Shown: positions 1 to 9,813 of the stretch, piece after piece
How positions within the stretch are numbered: position 1 is the first letter of the stretch
How the letters are laid out: each line of letters starts with the position of its first letter
Assembly: GCA_017384225.1 (NCBI GenBank)
Contig: JAFNUD010000033.1
Location: 7,708-71,707, forward strand
From: Paludibacteraceae bacterium
GTDB taxonomy: Bacteria; Bacteroidota; Bacteroidia; Bacteroidales; Paludibacteraceae
Direction: 5' to 3'
DNA: 64,000 nt
The notes under the pieces: model-generated
Database searches by the model: none
Seen by the model: only the letters and a program-made list of their open reading frames with translations
Told to the model about the DNA's origin: nothing
Position numbers and translations under genes: made by a program

Positions 1-2351
1 AGGTTCAGTTTTTTGGATATATTGGATGAACTAATATCAAAATGCAGAGGTCCAATCTTGGTGTCCAACGAATAGCGTACACCAGCGCCCCACCAATTGG
101 AAACATTGTAATCATAAAGTTCGCTCCATTGCAGCACATCACTCTCACGGAAAAAGTTTTTGAAATCTATGCTCGATCGAGCATAATTGACAATAGCAGT
201 CAGGTAATGATTCTTATAGACACGCACCCTCATATCAAGTCGAGCTATCGCCACATTATTGAATGCAAAAGATATTTTATTCAATCCGATAAAAGGCAAC
301 TGGTGGTCTATATATCTTCCCATTTCAGCACCGCCGATAATATTGTTCATATATGGAAACATCGGCACCGGTCCTTGGAAAATAGGATTCCACGCTCCAT
401 CTTTACCACTGACAGCACCCTCTCCCAACAAAAAACTGCCGTATAGCTGTGGTGCGATGACAAATCGATCTTTGTAGATAGGTATATAGCTCTCCAATCC
501 AAAGACCAACGAGGCAAAATGCAACTTATCAATAGTCTTTTTGCTAAACGTGCAATCCTTCCATGTGAAATCAATCCTGCTCTTTACGCCTCGTGTAGGG
601 AATCGGGTTTTGTTGAGGTTGTCGTAACTCACATACGCAAATAAACCTAACGTATTCACCGATTTATAATCCATATCCACCGCATCATAAAGCGAGTACA
701 TCACTTTGCGTGGCGTAAGTAATTCGCACTCCATACCTACTCCCAAATTGAATGTTCTGGAATAGTTTTCAGAGAGATAAAGCCTAAACTTATGTTGCAA
801 GAATTTCTCGTTCATATCCAACACATCCATATCATAAACATCCAACTCGGAATTTCTGAAGTGATATGCCAGATTGATTTTAGGATATAGCAAATGTCCA
901 TACGAAAGGTTAAATTTGAGCCACTGATTACCTCCGAGCTTAGCGTCTAAATCCGCTTTGAATCCACTCATATGATTGCTATTGATACCTACATGCAAAA
1001 GCACCGATAGCATATCTTGCGAGTCAAATCGCAAGCCAAGACCAAAATCATGTGGAGACTTCTCTACAAGATTAAAACGAAGAATATAGCCTCCTATAGC
1101 TGTCAAATCATCATGGAGCGTATAAGTAACACTCTTATAACTGCCAGTACCATAGAAGATAGACACCGACTCGTCGATTTCCTTCTTATTGATCGAGTCA
1201 CCAACATGCACTTTGCATGCACGATGCATCCACTTCTCAATCTCCTTATTAACGCCTACAAACTCTATTTTGGATATTAGCACCTTGTTCTTAATGATAT
1301 TGATTGCTTTCTTTGTTTTCACAGCCTTGACAGAGTCAGCAAGTGGCTGCTCAAACACTTTACGCTTCAGCTCGGCAAACTTGTCAGCTTGAGCCGAAGC
1401 CGCCTCATATCCACTCTGCGCTACTCGGGCTACACTCTCAGCATCAAAACTCAACATGCCTACCCCCTTTAAGTCAGGTCGTATGAATATATCGCAATGC
1501 TTGTGATATTGCTCTACATCCTTGTCTGTGATAATCTCTTTAAGCTGTTTTATTTGAGACAAGATAGAGGACAAATTAGTTGGATTATCCTCCAATCCAG
1601 GCGACATGCTCACACCGATAATATAGTCTGCGCCCATCGCTTTGCACTGCTCTGCAGGGAAATTACAAGTCAATCCGCCATCGGTATAGAGCGTTTGGTT
1701 CATCTTGATAGGGTCAAACAGAATAGGTATAGCCATAGAAGCACGCATTGCTTTAGTAAACTCTCCCTTATCGAGCGTAGCCGCCTCACCACTCAACATA
1801 TCTGTTGCAACACATACAAAAGGAATAGGCAATTGCCCAAAGGACAACGAATCGGCATAGCCTACTGCAAGCGCGTTAAACATGTTGATGATATTATCTC
1901 CCGAAACAAACCCCTGCGGTAGCGAGTTCTTAAAAGACGTGGATTGCAAATCTTCTTTTCGCATCTTAAACGAAAATGGCAGGGTAAAGATTAGTGAAGC
2001 ATCTTCAGTTTTATGCCTAAAAGATGTTTTTCGTCGATCCACCTCATTGCTTATCAGTCTATCCCAGTTTGCGCTGCTGATAATATCAATAATTTCATCG
2101 GTGGAATAGCCCAAAGCATACATTCCTCCCATCACAGCTCCCATACTATTACCCGCTATGTAATCAATGGGAATCCCCATCTCTTCGATGTATTTGAGTA
2201 CACCTATATGCGCAGCACCTTTTGCACCACCACCTGATAGTATAATACCCACCTTAGGGCGAATGGATGTCTGCGTAGTGTCCTGAGAATAGAGCGAAAG
2301 CGGAATCAAGAATAACCACGCAATGCTTATAATCCATGTAAGCTTCTTCAT
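1..2351 (-). CDS. patatin-like phospholipase family protein (about 783 N-terminal codons; 3' end lies beyond the window edge)
   Basis: Absent from the ORF track because the frame stays open to position 1. Reverse complement from the ATG at 2351-2349 reads MKKLTWIISIAWLFLIPLSLYSQDTTQTSIRPKVGIILSGGGAKGAAHIGVLKYIEEMGIPIDYIAGNSMGAVMGGMYALGYS. This shows a signal peptide, the patatin GGGxKG oxyanion motif and the GxSxG (GNSMG) lipase serine. A stop in this frame would have produced a listed ORF, and none is listed. I did not translate the long C-terminal part; family members often carry an Omp85-like barrel there. Confidence 0.85.
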   Translation of the reverse strand, partial: MKKLTWIISIAWLFLIPLSLYSQDTTQTSIRPKVGIILSGGGAKGAAHIGVLKYIEEMGIPIDYIAGNSMGAVMGGMYALGYSTDEIIDIISSANWDRLISNEVDRRKTSFRHKTEDASLIFTLPFSFKMRKEDLQSTSFKNSLPQGFVSGDNIINMFNALAVGYADSLSFGQLPIPFVCVATDMLSGEAATLDKGEFTKAMRASMAIPILFDPIKMNQTLYTDGGLTCNFPAEQCKAMGADYIIGVSMSPGLEDNPTNLSSILSQIKQLKEIITDKDVEQYHKHCDIFIRPDLKGVGMLSFDAESVARVAQSGYEAASAQADKFAELKRKVFEQPLADSVKAVKTKKAINIIKNKVLISKIEFVGVNKEIEKWMHRACKVHVGDSINKKEIDESVSIFYGTGSYKSVTYTLHDDLTAIGGYILRFNLVEKSPHDFGLGLRFDSQDMLSVLLHVGINSNHMSGFKADLDAKLGGNQWLKFNLSYGHLLYPKINLAYHFRNSELDVYDMDVLDMNEKFLQHKFRLYLSENYSRTFNLGVGMECELLTPRKVMYSLYDAVDMDYKSVNTLGLFAYVSYDNLNKTRFPTRGVKSRIDFTWKDCTFSKKTIDKLHFASLVFGLESYIPIYKDRFVIAPQLYGSFLLGEGAVSGKDGAWNPIFQGPVPMFPYMNNIIGGAEMGRYIDHQLPFIGLNKISFAFNNVAIARLDMRVRVYKNHYLTAIVNYARSSIDFKNFFRESDVLQWSELYDYNVSNWWGAGVRYSLDTKIGPLHFDISSSNISKKLN

Positions 2352-2407
2352 ATATGTGACATCTGAAATAACTTGCAGTGTGCGAACCACGATACTGCTT
2401 TTATCCA

Positions 2408-3307
2408 TTATTTCACAACTACAGGCACAAAGTCATAGGCAATCTCACTACCCATATCCACACGCATATAATATGGCGACTTATCCTCATCTGTCATTGA
2501 ATCTACAATAATGCAAGTCATATCTTTGTACTGCGTCACCTCACGAGAGTGATCATGCCCCGTCCAGACCATATCTACGCCACTCGACTGAAAGAGATTG
2601 AGCAGCGAGTAAGTTTCCTCAATAGAAAAATTGGTAGCCACACCTTGCGAGCCATCACGCATAAAAAAGTGGGTGTGCGTACAAGCCACAATATGGCGGA
2701 ATGACTGTGCAGCTGCCCATTCCAATGTCTTTTTGAGCCAAGTGAGCTGCTTGCTGCCGACAGTACCATCCGCAGAGTCAAACATGATATACAAATCTTG
2801 CTGACCCTGTGGGGTCTCGACGATAAAGTAGTAAGTACTCGTCTTGAAAATCTCTAAGTAAGCAGGCCATTGGCTAAAACAAATATCATGGTTACCTGCC
2901 ACCACCATCAATGTATCTTGTTTGCAATGATTGACAGACACCTCGACAAACGCATTATACATCTCATCAAAGTGATGCTGCGCATCCACCACATCGCCCA
3001 AGTGAATAGCTACTGGACACAACGTGTCTTGACGATAATCATCTACAAAAGCTTGCCAACGACTCACTTCGGTGGTGATATGCGTATCGGTGCAGACATA
3101 TACATGATAGTTTTCTGCAGGAGCTTGCAAGGTCACAAAAGGATGCGCATCATTGTACTTCTCAGAATCTGCCAAACGCTGATCTATGCGTGGTGATGTG
3201 CCTGCAATATTTCCTATTAAGTCAAAACGAAATTCAGGACCACAAGCCGTCATCGCCACGCATGCGATGAAGACGGCAACAATTTTAAAGGTTTTAAGAG
3301 CTTTCAT
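2408..3307 (-). CDS. metallophosphoesterase (calcineurin-like) lipoprotein
   Basis: 299-aa ORF with an ATG start. Lipobox VAMTAC-G. Phosphoesterase motif series present: CTDTH, HLGDVVD, VAGNHD, CTHTH, TGHDH. Confidence 0.85.
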   Translation of the reverse strand: MKALKTFKIVAVFIACVAMTACGPEFRFDLIGNIAGTSPRIDQRLADSEKYNDAHPFVTLQAPAENYHVYVCTDTHITTEVSRWQAFVDDYRQDTLCPVAIHLGDVVDAQHHFDEMYNAFVEVSVNHCKQDTLMVVAGNHDICFSQWPAYLEIFKTSTYYFIVETPQGQQDLYIMFDSADGTVGSKQLTWLKKTLEWAAAQSFRHIVACTHTHFFMRDGSQGVATNFSIEETYSLLNLFQSSGVDMVWTGHDHSREVTQYKDMTCIIVDSMTDEDKSPYYMRVDMGSEIAYDFVPVVVK

Positions 3308-3332
3308 AATTCAAACTTCATAATTCATAATT
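3306..3332. repeat. heptamer array, GAATTWT family (inverted copy)
   Basis: The minus strand reads AATTATG AATTATG AAGTTTG AATTATG. It fills the entire spacer between the OMP stop (3331) and the metallophosphoesterase ATG (3307). Confidence 0.8.
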
Positions 3333-4032
3333 AAAACCTATACTCAGCACCCACCCGAACTTCAGATGCATAATAATGCGCGTTCATATGGAACATACCC
3401 GCATTTTTGTACTTTCCTGCCAAATGCAAACGCCAATGCTCATGCACATCATACCAAGCTCTGAGATAGAGCATCGGATTCCATGGGCGCTCCATCATAT
3501 GATCATCCACATTAGATATAGCAACTGCCAAATTCCAACATGAAGTTTCAGGACGAACAAATGCCTCTACACGATAGAGCAATTTGAATGGTTCTGCTAT
3601 GCTACCATTATCGCTATTCCTCTCATAAGGTGTTGGCACTATCACGCGAGAGAAAAATCCCAATTGTGCACTCACATACTGCATACGGTATCCAAGCGAA
3701 AGCGCATGCATAAATTCGTTGACATGATCGCGCGCTATCCAATTAGCCATCAGTCGGTCTTCAAGAAATAGTTCACCTACAGGCAACGCAAACTTCGGAC
3801 GCATTTGCACACCTATGGTATAGCAATTAGCAGTGCTCGCACGAAGATTGGTTTCCGCTTCAAAATACGGATTGATAGGCAAATAAGCATCTATGTCGAA
3901 ATTGGCAAACGAGCCATATGTGAGGTTGTGTCCGTAGCCTGCATGCACAGCAAGGCTATAGCGCGACTGACTATAGGCAACTACAGACAGACACAGAGCC
4001 AAAAAGACAACAAGCTTTTTCATTATTATCAT
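3331..4032 (-). CDS. hypothetical outer-membrane beta-barrel-like protein
   Basis: 233-aa ORF. Signal peptide MKKLVVFLALCLSVVAYS|Q. Alternating aromatic/hydrophobic pattern with a C-terminal ...GAEYRF, typical of OM barrels. The ATG at 4032 overlaps the sppA stop as ATGA; an alternative ATG lies at 4023. Confidence 0.65.
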   Translation of the reverse strand: MIIMKKLVVFLALCLSVVAYSQSRYSLAVHAGYGHNLTYGSFANFDIDAYLPINPYFEAETNLRASTANCYTIGVQMRPKFALPVGELFLEDRLMANWIARDHVNEFMHALSLGYRMQYVSAQLGFFSRVIVPTPYERNSDNGSIAEPFKLLYRVEAFVRPETSCWNLAVAISNVDDHMMERPWNPMLYLRAWYDVHEHWRLHLAGKYKNAGMFHMNAHYYASEVRVGAEYRF

Positions 4033-5783
4033 TGGATAGTTACTTCTGGCATCAATGCCATGATACGAGCTTCAGAAGCAAATTCACGGATATTCATAAT
4101 AAGACGCTCTTCTGGTGTAGAATTGTCAAGCATCTTCAGCAACTCTTGGAGCGGATCTTTCTTCTCTGGATAATAGCTCAATTGATATGCTTGCAATTCA
4201 GCCAATTCTGCCGCCTTTTGGATAGCAGAATTGATGTTGCCCAACTCATCCACCAAACCAAGTTTCACCGCATCTTTACCAAGCCATACACGACCCTCAC
4301 CTACAGCCTTGATAGCATCTTGCGTCATACCACGACCATCTGCACAGCGTGATGTGAAGAGGTCATAACCACGCTCTACCATGGATTGCATGATGGCATG
4401 CTCATCCTTGCTCATACCACGATAGACCATACCAGTAGTCATCGTAGAATACTTATGCGTGCTCACAGCATCCATATCAATACCTACTTTCTCACGAATC
4501 TTCTTGAAATTAGGTACAGTACCAAAGATACCAATAGATCCTGTCAATGTAGTAGGTTCTGCATAGATATAATCCGCAGCACATGAGATATAATAGCCAC
4601 CAGATGCAGCATAATCACCCATAGAAACTACTACAGGCATACCCTTGGCTTGCAAAGTGGTCACTGCATGCCAAATCTGCTCACTCGCATCAGCACTTCC
4701 GCCAGGACTATTCACACGCAAAACAACAGCTTTCACATCTTCATCTTTGTGAATCTTATTGACAATCTTTATCATCTCTGTATCCGTAATACCCTGATCA
4801 CCACCATCAAAAATCTGACCCTCCGCATAGATGACTGCAACCTTATCTTTTGCATCCACTTTAGCACGCTCCACATTTGTCATCTTGCTATGACTGAGCA
4901 CCTTATAATCTTTTGTGCCTGTGTATTGACGCAATACAGTATCCATATCTTGTACATACACCAATGTATCTACCAATCCATACGCTACATAATTCTCATA
5001 TGGCTGAACAGACATGCCCTCGTTGGCATATTTATCCAATTGCGCTGAGGTCAATTGGCGCGATTGAGCTACTGCAGAACGCATCTCCTCCCAGATACCA
5101 TTGAGATATTGCTCGGTCTGCTTGCGGTCTTCAGCCGACATAGAAGTGCGGAAATATGGCTCTACAGCAGACTTGAATGTGCCTACCTTAAGGATTTGCA
5201 TCTCTACACCCACTTTCTCCATCAGACGAGTATAGTACATCTTCTGTGCACTAAGACCATCCCACGCTACACTACCTACGGCATTGAGATAAATCTTATC
5301 CGCCACAGAAACAATATAGTAGTTGGTCTGCGTATAAGAATCAGCATAGGCAATAACAAACTTACCCGACTCTTTAAAGTCTAACAAGGCATCGCGCAAA
5401 GCTTTAGCAGATGCTGGAGCTGCAGCCAATTCTCCACCACGCAAGTAGATACCCAAGACTTTGTCATTGTTCTTAGCCAATGCAATATTGCTCAACAAAT
5501 CATTGAGTCCTACTTGAGTCAGAATATCCTTGCCTGTCATCTCTGCCATCACAAGATTCATCGGATTGTCTTCAGCGGCTTGCTCCACCAATTCACCACT
5601 CATATCTATGCGATATACAGTATTCTCTTCCAACGTGGTTTTTGGCGTAGAGAGGGTATCTCCTAAAATCCAACTAAACAAAGCACAAACAAGGAAATAG
5701 ATTCCTATACCTATCAATGTTTTACCAAAACAGCCCAACTTCTGACGAGGCTGTCCATCTTTTTTTGTACAAAATAGTTTCAT
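4029..5783 (-). CDS. sppA: signal peptide peptidase SppA, 67K type (S49 family)
   Basis: 584-aa ORF with an N-terminal TM segment. It has two S49 repeats: ...KVLGIYLRGGEL... and VVLRVNSPGGSADASEQI...MGDYAASGGYYISCAADYIYAEPTTLTGSIGI. Length and architecture match the Bacteroidetes 67K SppA. Confidence 0.9.
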   Translation of the reverse strand: MKLFCTKKDGQPRQKLGCFGKTLIGIGIYFLVCALFSWILGDTLSTPKTTLEENTVYRIDMSGELVEQAAEDNPMNLVMAEMTGKDILTQVGLNDLLSNIALAKNNDKVLGIYLRGGELAAAPASAKALRDALLDFKESGKFVIAYADSYTQTNYYIVSVADKIYLNAVGSVAWDGLSAQKMYYTRLMEKVGVEMQILKVGTFKSAVEPYFRTSMSAEDRKQTEQYLNGIWEEMRSAVAQSRQLTSAQLDKYANEGMSVQPYENYVAYGLVDTLVYVQDMDTVLRQYTGTKDYKVLSHSKMTNVERAKVDAKDKVAVIYAEGQIFDGGDQGITDTEMIKIVNKIHKDEDVKAVVLRVNSPGGSADASEQIWHAVTTLQAKGMPVVVSMGDYAASGGYYISCAADYIYAEPTTLTGSIGIFGTVPNFKKIREKVGIDMDAVSTHKYSTMTTGMVYRGMSKDEHAIMQSMVERGYDLFTSRCADGRGMTQDAIKAVGEGRVWLGKDAVKLGLVDELGNINSAIQKAAELAELQAYQLSYYPEKKDPLQELLKMLDNSTPEERLIMNIREFASEARIMALMPEVTIQ

Positions 5784-5903
5784 TTTCTCAATTTTTATTG
5801 TTTATTTTCATTCTATGTTCGACGTTTACTTAGTTTTATACCGTAGGTAATACGCGCGCAGACATCGCTCAAAGCAATTACCCTACTTTTCCAAATTTGG
5901 CTG

Positions 5904-5935
5904 CAAAGGTAATGAAAAAATTGCAGATACACAAA
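5904..5935 (-). promoter_or_regulatory. Bacteroidetes primary-sigma promoter for sppA
   Basis: Minus strand: -33 TTTG (5935-5932), 20-nt spacer, -7 TACCTTTG (5911-5904). It lies 120 nt upstream of the sppA ATG. Confidence 0.65.
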
Positions 5936-6059
5936 AAAAATCACAATTTGACACGTTTTTTCTACGTAGTAGATATTTTGTTTCTATTTAGAAAACGCGA
6001 TTATTGGCACGATATATCCTCCAAAAAACAATCCTGAAATTGAACTTTCTAAGTTTTTT

Positions 6060-6091
6060 TTTGCACATGTGCATTTTTTGTCGTACCTTTG
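6060..6091 (+). promoter_or_regulatory. promoter for korAB
   Basis: -33 TTTG (6060-6063), 20-nt spacer, -7 TACCTTTG (6084-6091). It ends 28 nt before the ATG at 6120. Confidence 0.7.
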
Positions 6092-6119
6092 TAGCCGTTT
6101 TTCAAAAATAGCAACAATC

Positions 6120-7976
6120 ATGCAAATGCAACATGTAGTAGTTCGCTTCTGTGGCGATTCGGGTGACGGAATGCAATTGACAGGCACCATGTTCGCCTCA
6201 CTAAGCGCTATTTTGGGCAACGAGATTAGTACGTTGCCTGATTTTCCTGCCGAGATTCGCGCCCCACAAGGCACATTGGGTGGCGTCAGCGGATTCCAAG
6301 TACAATTAGGAACTGGTGTTTATACCCCTGGCGATCAAGCCGATGTGATTGTAGCCATGAATGCTGCCGCACTGAAAGTGTGCGCATTAGGTGCTAAATT
6401 TAACCAAACGGGAGCCCAATGGGACAGCAGTGACTCAATGTTCAAACGCGATGCTGTCATCATTGTGGACACCGATTCACTATCTTCTAAAGATCTAGAT
6501 AAAGCTCTCTATCAAACAGATAACCCATTTACCGAGTTAGGACTACCAGAATCGGTACAGATTGTGCCCGTAGCCCTCACATCACTCACCAAAGAGAGCC
6601 TCAAAGATATGGGATTGGACAACAAGTCTATTCTCAAATCGCGCAACATGTTCGCCTTGGGATTAGTATGTTGGCTCTTCAATCGTCCTATTGACAAGGC
6701 TGTGGATTTTTTGGAGGGGAAATTTCAAAAGAAACCACAACTCATAGCACCCAACGTCAAGGTACTAACCGATGGTTACAACTATGGTCAGAACCTTGCT
6801 CTGAATATCCAGACCATGAACGTGGAGAAATCCCACGCTCTTCCACAAGGCACATATACCTCTATTGCAGGCAATAAAGCTACAGCTTGGGGACTCATCG
6901 CCGCAGCGGAACGGTGCGGCAAGCGCCTATTTTTAGGTTCCTATCCTATCACACCTGCTACGGACATCATGCACGAACTAGCAGCACGTAAAGATATGGG
7001 CGTGATGGTGGTGCAAGCTGAAGATGAGATTGCTGGTGTGTGTACTGCTATCGGCGCAGCTTTCGCAGGCGATTTGGCTGCTACCAGCACCTCTGGACCA
7101 GGTCTGTCGCTCAAAGGTGAAGCCATTGGTTTGGCGGTGATGGCAGAGTTGCCGCTGGTGGTAATCGATGTGCAACGCGGCGGTCCAAGTACAGGTCTGC
7201 CTACCAAGACCGAGCAAACCGACCTGATGCAAGCGCTCTACGGACGCAACGGAGAATGTCCAGCCGTAGTGATAGCAGCATCTACATCGGCTAATTGCTT
7301 TGATTATGCTTATCAAGCATGCAAAATAGCATTAGAAAACATGACACCTGTTGTGCTGCTTACCGATACCTATCTTGCCAATGGTACTGGACTATGGCGC
7401 ATCCCACAACTCAACGAGTTACCAGTCATTAAACCACAAAGCGTACCCGAAGAACTCAAGGGTAAGTATAATCCAGCCTTGCGCGATGAGCGCGGCGTGC
7501 GCTATTGGGCATACCCGGGTATGGAAGGATATGAGCACCGCAATATCGGCTTGGAGCGCGACACGCAAAAGGGAATCATCTCAACCAACCCAGCAAACCA
7601 TGCAAAGATGGTGCAAACTCGTCAAGCAAAGATTGACCAAGTAGCCAACCAAATACCATTGCTAGAGGTGCAAGGCAATATAGATAGCAGCACACTGCTT
7701 GTGGGCTGGGGAAGCACCGAAGGACACCTGCTCGCCGCAGCCGAGCAATTAGATTGTGCATTGGCGCACTTCAATTATATCAACCCACTGCCCAAAAATA
7801 CCGAAGAGGTGTTGCGCCAATACAAACGCATCGTGGTTTGCGAACTCAACAACGGACAGTTTGCAGGATATCTACGCTCTCGCTTCGAGGGTATTCACCT
7901 CGAGCAGTACAACGAGATTACCGCCCAACCATTCGCAGTAGATAGAATAGTACACTTTGTCAATAATACCCTATAA
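6120..7976 (+). CDS. korA: 2-oxoacid (2-oxoglutarate-type):ferredoxin oxidoreductase subunit alpha
   Basis: Begins MQMQHVVVRFCGDSGDGMQLTG, the typical KorA N-terminus. About 618 aa. It is followed 10 nt later by the TPP-binding beta subunit. The track ORF starts at 6069 (GTG), but a TACCTTTG -7 box lies at 6084-6091 inside that extension, so I chose the ATG at 6120. Substrate specificity cannot be read from the sequence. Confidence 0.9.
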   Translation: MQMQHVVVRFCGDSGDGMQLTGTMFASLSAILGNEISTLPDFPAEIRAPQGTLGGVSGFQVQLGTGVYTPGDQADVIVAMNAAALKVCALGAKFNQTGAQWDSSDSMFKRDAVIIVDTDSLSSKDLDKALYQTDNPFTELGLPESVQIVPVALTSLTKESLKDMGLDNKSILKSRNMFALGLVCWLFNRPIDKAVDFLEGKFQKKPQLIAPNVKVLTDGYNYGQNLALNIQTMNVEKSHALPQGTYTSIAGNKATAWGLIAAAERCGKRLFLGSYPITPATDIMHELAARKDMGVMVVQAEDEIAGVCTAIGAAFAGDLAATSTSGPGLSLKGEAIGLAVMAELPLVVIDVQRGGPSTGLPTKTEQTDLMQALYGRNGECPAVVIAASTSANCFDYAYQACKIALENMTPVVLLTDTYLANGTGLWRIPQLNELPVIKPQSVPEELKGKYNPALRDERGVRYWAYPGMEGYEHRNIGLERDTQKGIISTNPANHAKMVQTRQAKIDQVANQIPLLEVQGNIDSSTLLVGWGSTEGHLLAAAEQLDCALAHFNYINPLPKNTEEVLRQYKRIVVCELNNGQFAGYLRSRFEGIHLEQYNEITAQPFAVDRIVHFVNNTL

Positions 7977-7985
7977 AAAATTAGT

Positions 7986-8984
7986 ATGGAAGCAAATCAA
8001 TTCAAAAGCGATCAGTTTGTTAAGTTCTGCCCTGGTTGTGGCGACCATGCTATCTGTATGGCGCTGCAAAAAGCCATGGCGCAAGTGGGTGTGCCTACCC
8101 ACCAAACGGTAGTGATTTCAGGTATTGGCTGTTCGAGCCGTATGCCCCACTACCTCAACACCTATGGTTTCAATACTATCCATGGTCGTGGCGGTGCCAT
8201 CGCTACTGGCGTCAAGACCAGCCACCCCGAACTGAGTGTTTGGCAGATGACAGGCGATGGAGATTGCCTCGCCATCGGTGGCAACCACTTTATCCACGAG
8301 ATTCGCCGCAATGTCAATCTCAATATCTGTTTGTTCAACAATAGAATCTATGGTCTAACCAAAGGACAATACTCCCCTACATCACCTAAAGGTTTTGTGA
8401 GCAAATCCAGTCCGTTTGGTACAGTAGAACGTCCATTCATCCCTGCAGAATTAGTATTGGGTGCACGCGGCACTTTCTTTGCTCGCACATTGGATGTGGA
8501 CATGCCTACTACAGTGGACTGTATGGTGCAGGCAGCTCAACACGAAGGTGCCAGTGTGATTGAGTGCTTGGTAAACTGTATCATCTTCAACAATGGTACC
8601 CACTCGTGGATTGCCGACCGCGAAGAGCGTGCCGAGCGTAGTATTGTGCTACGCCATGGCGAAAAAATGATTTTCGGTAAGAACAACGATAAGGGATTGG
8701 CATTAGACTACTCACACGAACTGATTCCGCAACTCATCGTGGTATCCGCCGACGACGAGCGCGTACTCACCCACGATGCTACTATGCCCGACCCTACACT
8801 ACACCGTATGCTATCAATAATGGGACAAGAGGAGGCTTTACCTATAGCCCTTGGTGTAATACGCCGAGTACCTACAGAGAGCTACGATGCGGCGGTCAAT
8901 GCGCAAATCAATGAAGTGCGCGCAAAGAGTAAAGCACAGACTTTTGATGAATTAACACATACACTTGAACAGTGGAGTTTGTAG
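7986..8984 (+). CDS. korB: 2-oxoacid:ferredoxin oxidoreductase subunit beta (TPP-binding)
   Basis: 332 aa. N-terminal FCPGCGDH motif, GIGCSSR, GDGD...GGNH TPP-binding region. Adjacent to the alpha subunit. Confidence 0.9.
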   Translation: MEANQFKSDQFVKFCPGCGDHAICMALQKAMAQVGVPTHQTVVISGIGCSSRMPHYLNTYGFNTIHGRGGAIATGVKTSHPELSVWQMTGDGDCLAIGGNHFIHEIRRNVNLNICLFNNRIYGLTKGQYSPTSPKGFVSKSSPFGTVERPFIPAELVLGARGTFFARTLDVDMPTTVDCMVQAAQHEGASVIECLVNCIIFNNGTHSWIADREERAERSIVLRHGEKMIFGKNNDKGLALDYSHELIPQLIVVSADDERVLTHDATMPDPTLHRMLSIMGQEEALPIALGVIRRVPTESYDAAVNAQINEVRAKSKAQTFDELTHTLEQWSL

Positions 8985-8994
8985 ATAACAATAT

Positions 8995-9732
8995 ATGAAG
9001 AAAATTTTTATCCTACTGGCTTTTATTGCCAGCACGTGCCTTACAATGGCACAAACCGATAGTATAGCAACAGAAGTTTCCCCCAGCATCATCGAGCGCG
9101 TAGAAGGATGGTATGCTAGCCATATGAACTATGCTACTATCACCATATTGATGACTATTGAATCTTCTTTTATACCCTTCCCCAGCGAGATTGTGATTCC
9201 ACCCGCAGCATATGTGGCAGAAGATCCTAATAGTAGTCTTCATGTCACAGATAGCTATCCGCTGAATGTACTGCTCATTGTTCTTTTTGGTACACTTGGC
9301 GCAATGCTCGGAGCTATTATCAATTACTGGCTGGCAATGTGGTTGGGACGCCCCATTGTGTATGCGTTTGCAGATAGTAAGTTGGGGCACTTGTGCTTGC
9401 TTTCAGGCGAGAAGGTGAAAAAAGCTGAGGATTATTTCAACGAGCATGGCAAGGTCTCTACATTTGTTGGTCGTCTAATTCCGGGCATCCGCCAATTGAT
9501 TAGTATTCCGGCAGGCTTGTGCAAGATGCATTTTGGTTGGTTTCTTTTCTATACATTTTTAGGCGCAGGTGTTTGGAATATCGTATTAGCATTGATTGGC
9601 TACCTCACTCGCGGTCAGAAAGAACTAATAGATGCTTATAGCCACGAGCTGAGTATCATCATCATGGGACTCTTTGGCTTGGCAATAATTTATTTGGCAG
9701 CAAAAGCAGTCATTAAAAGATGTAAGAAATAA
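8995..9732 (+). CDS. DedA/VTT-domain family membrane protein
   Basis: 245 aa with multiple TM segments. DedA-type ...ESSFIPFPSEIVIPPAAY... and ...FVGRLIPGIRQLISIPAG... motifs. Confidence 0.8.
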   Translation: MKKIFILLAFIASTCLTMAQTDSIATEVSPSIIERVEGWYASHMNYATITILMTIESSFIPFPSEIVIPPAAYVAEDPNSSLHVTDSYPLNVLLIVLFGTLGAMLGAIINYWLAMWLGRPIVYAFADSKLGHLCLLSGEKVKKAEDYFNEHGKVSTFVGRLIPGIRQLISIPAGLCKMHFGWFLFYTFLGAGVWNIVLALIGYLTRGQKELIDAYSHELSIIIMGLFGLAIIYLAAKAVIKRCKK

Positions 9733-9754
9733 ATTTATCTTGTAAAGAGAATCA

Positions 9755-9791
9755 TTTTTACCCAAATCGGTTAGACCGATTTGGGTAAAAA
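9755..9791 (+). terminator. perfect 16-bp hairpin downstream of the DedA gene (terminator-like)
   Basis: tttttacccaaatcgg (9755-9770), loop ttaga, ccgatttgggtaaaaa (9776-9791). It lies 23 nt after the stop at 9732. The run after the GC core is A-rich rather than T-rich, so it is an atypical intrinsic terminator. Confidence 0.5.
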
Positions 9792-9813
9792 AATCCAACG
9801 AATAGTGCAACTA

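Noticed and set aside
42-2237. Plus-strand track ORFs at 42-446, 259-477, 1017-1280, 1189-1392, 1497-1922, 1882-2109 and 2013-2237.
   Set aside because: All lie antisense to, or out of frame with, the long minus-strand patatin-like gene, which has clear GGGxKG/GxSxG motifs and stays open to the window edge. They have no promoter boxes or recognisable protein features. I treat them as shadow ORFs.
6069-6119. 5' extensions of track ORFs: 6069 korA, 9815 AraC, 16570 ddl, 30613 aroC, 40552 GNAT-like, 41550 GT4, 43975 tonB.
   Set aside because: In most cases the gene's own TAnnTTTG -7 box lies inside the extension, so that part cannot be translated from the mapped promoter. For the GT4 gene, an ATGA-coupled ATG gives the native MKVLFLS N-terminus. 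Several extensions start at GTG or TTG and encode low-complexity F/L/C-rich peptides derived from promoter T-runs.
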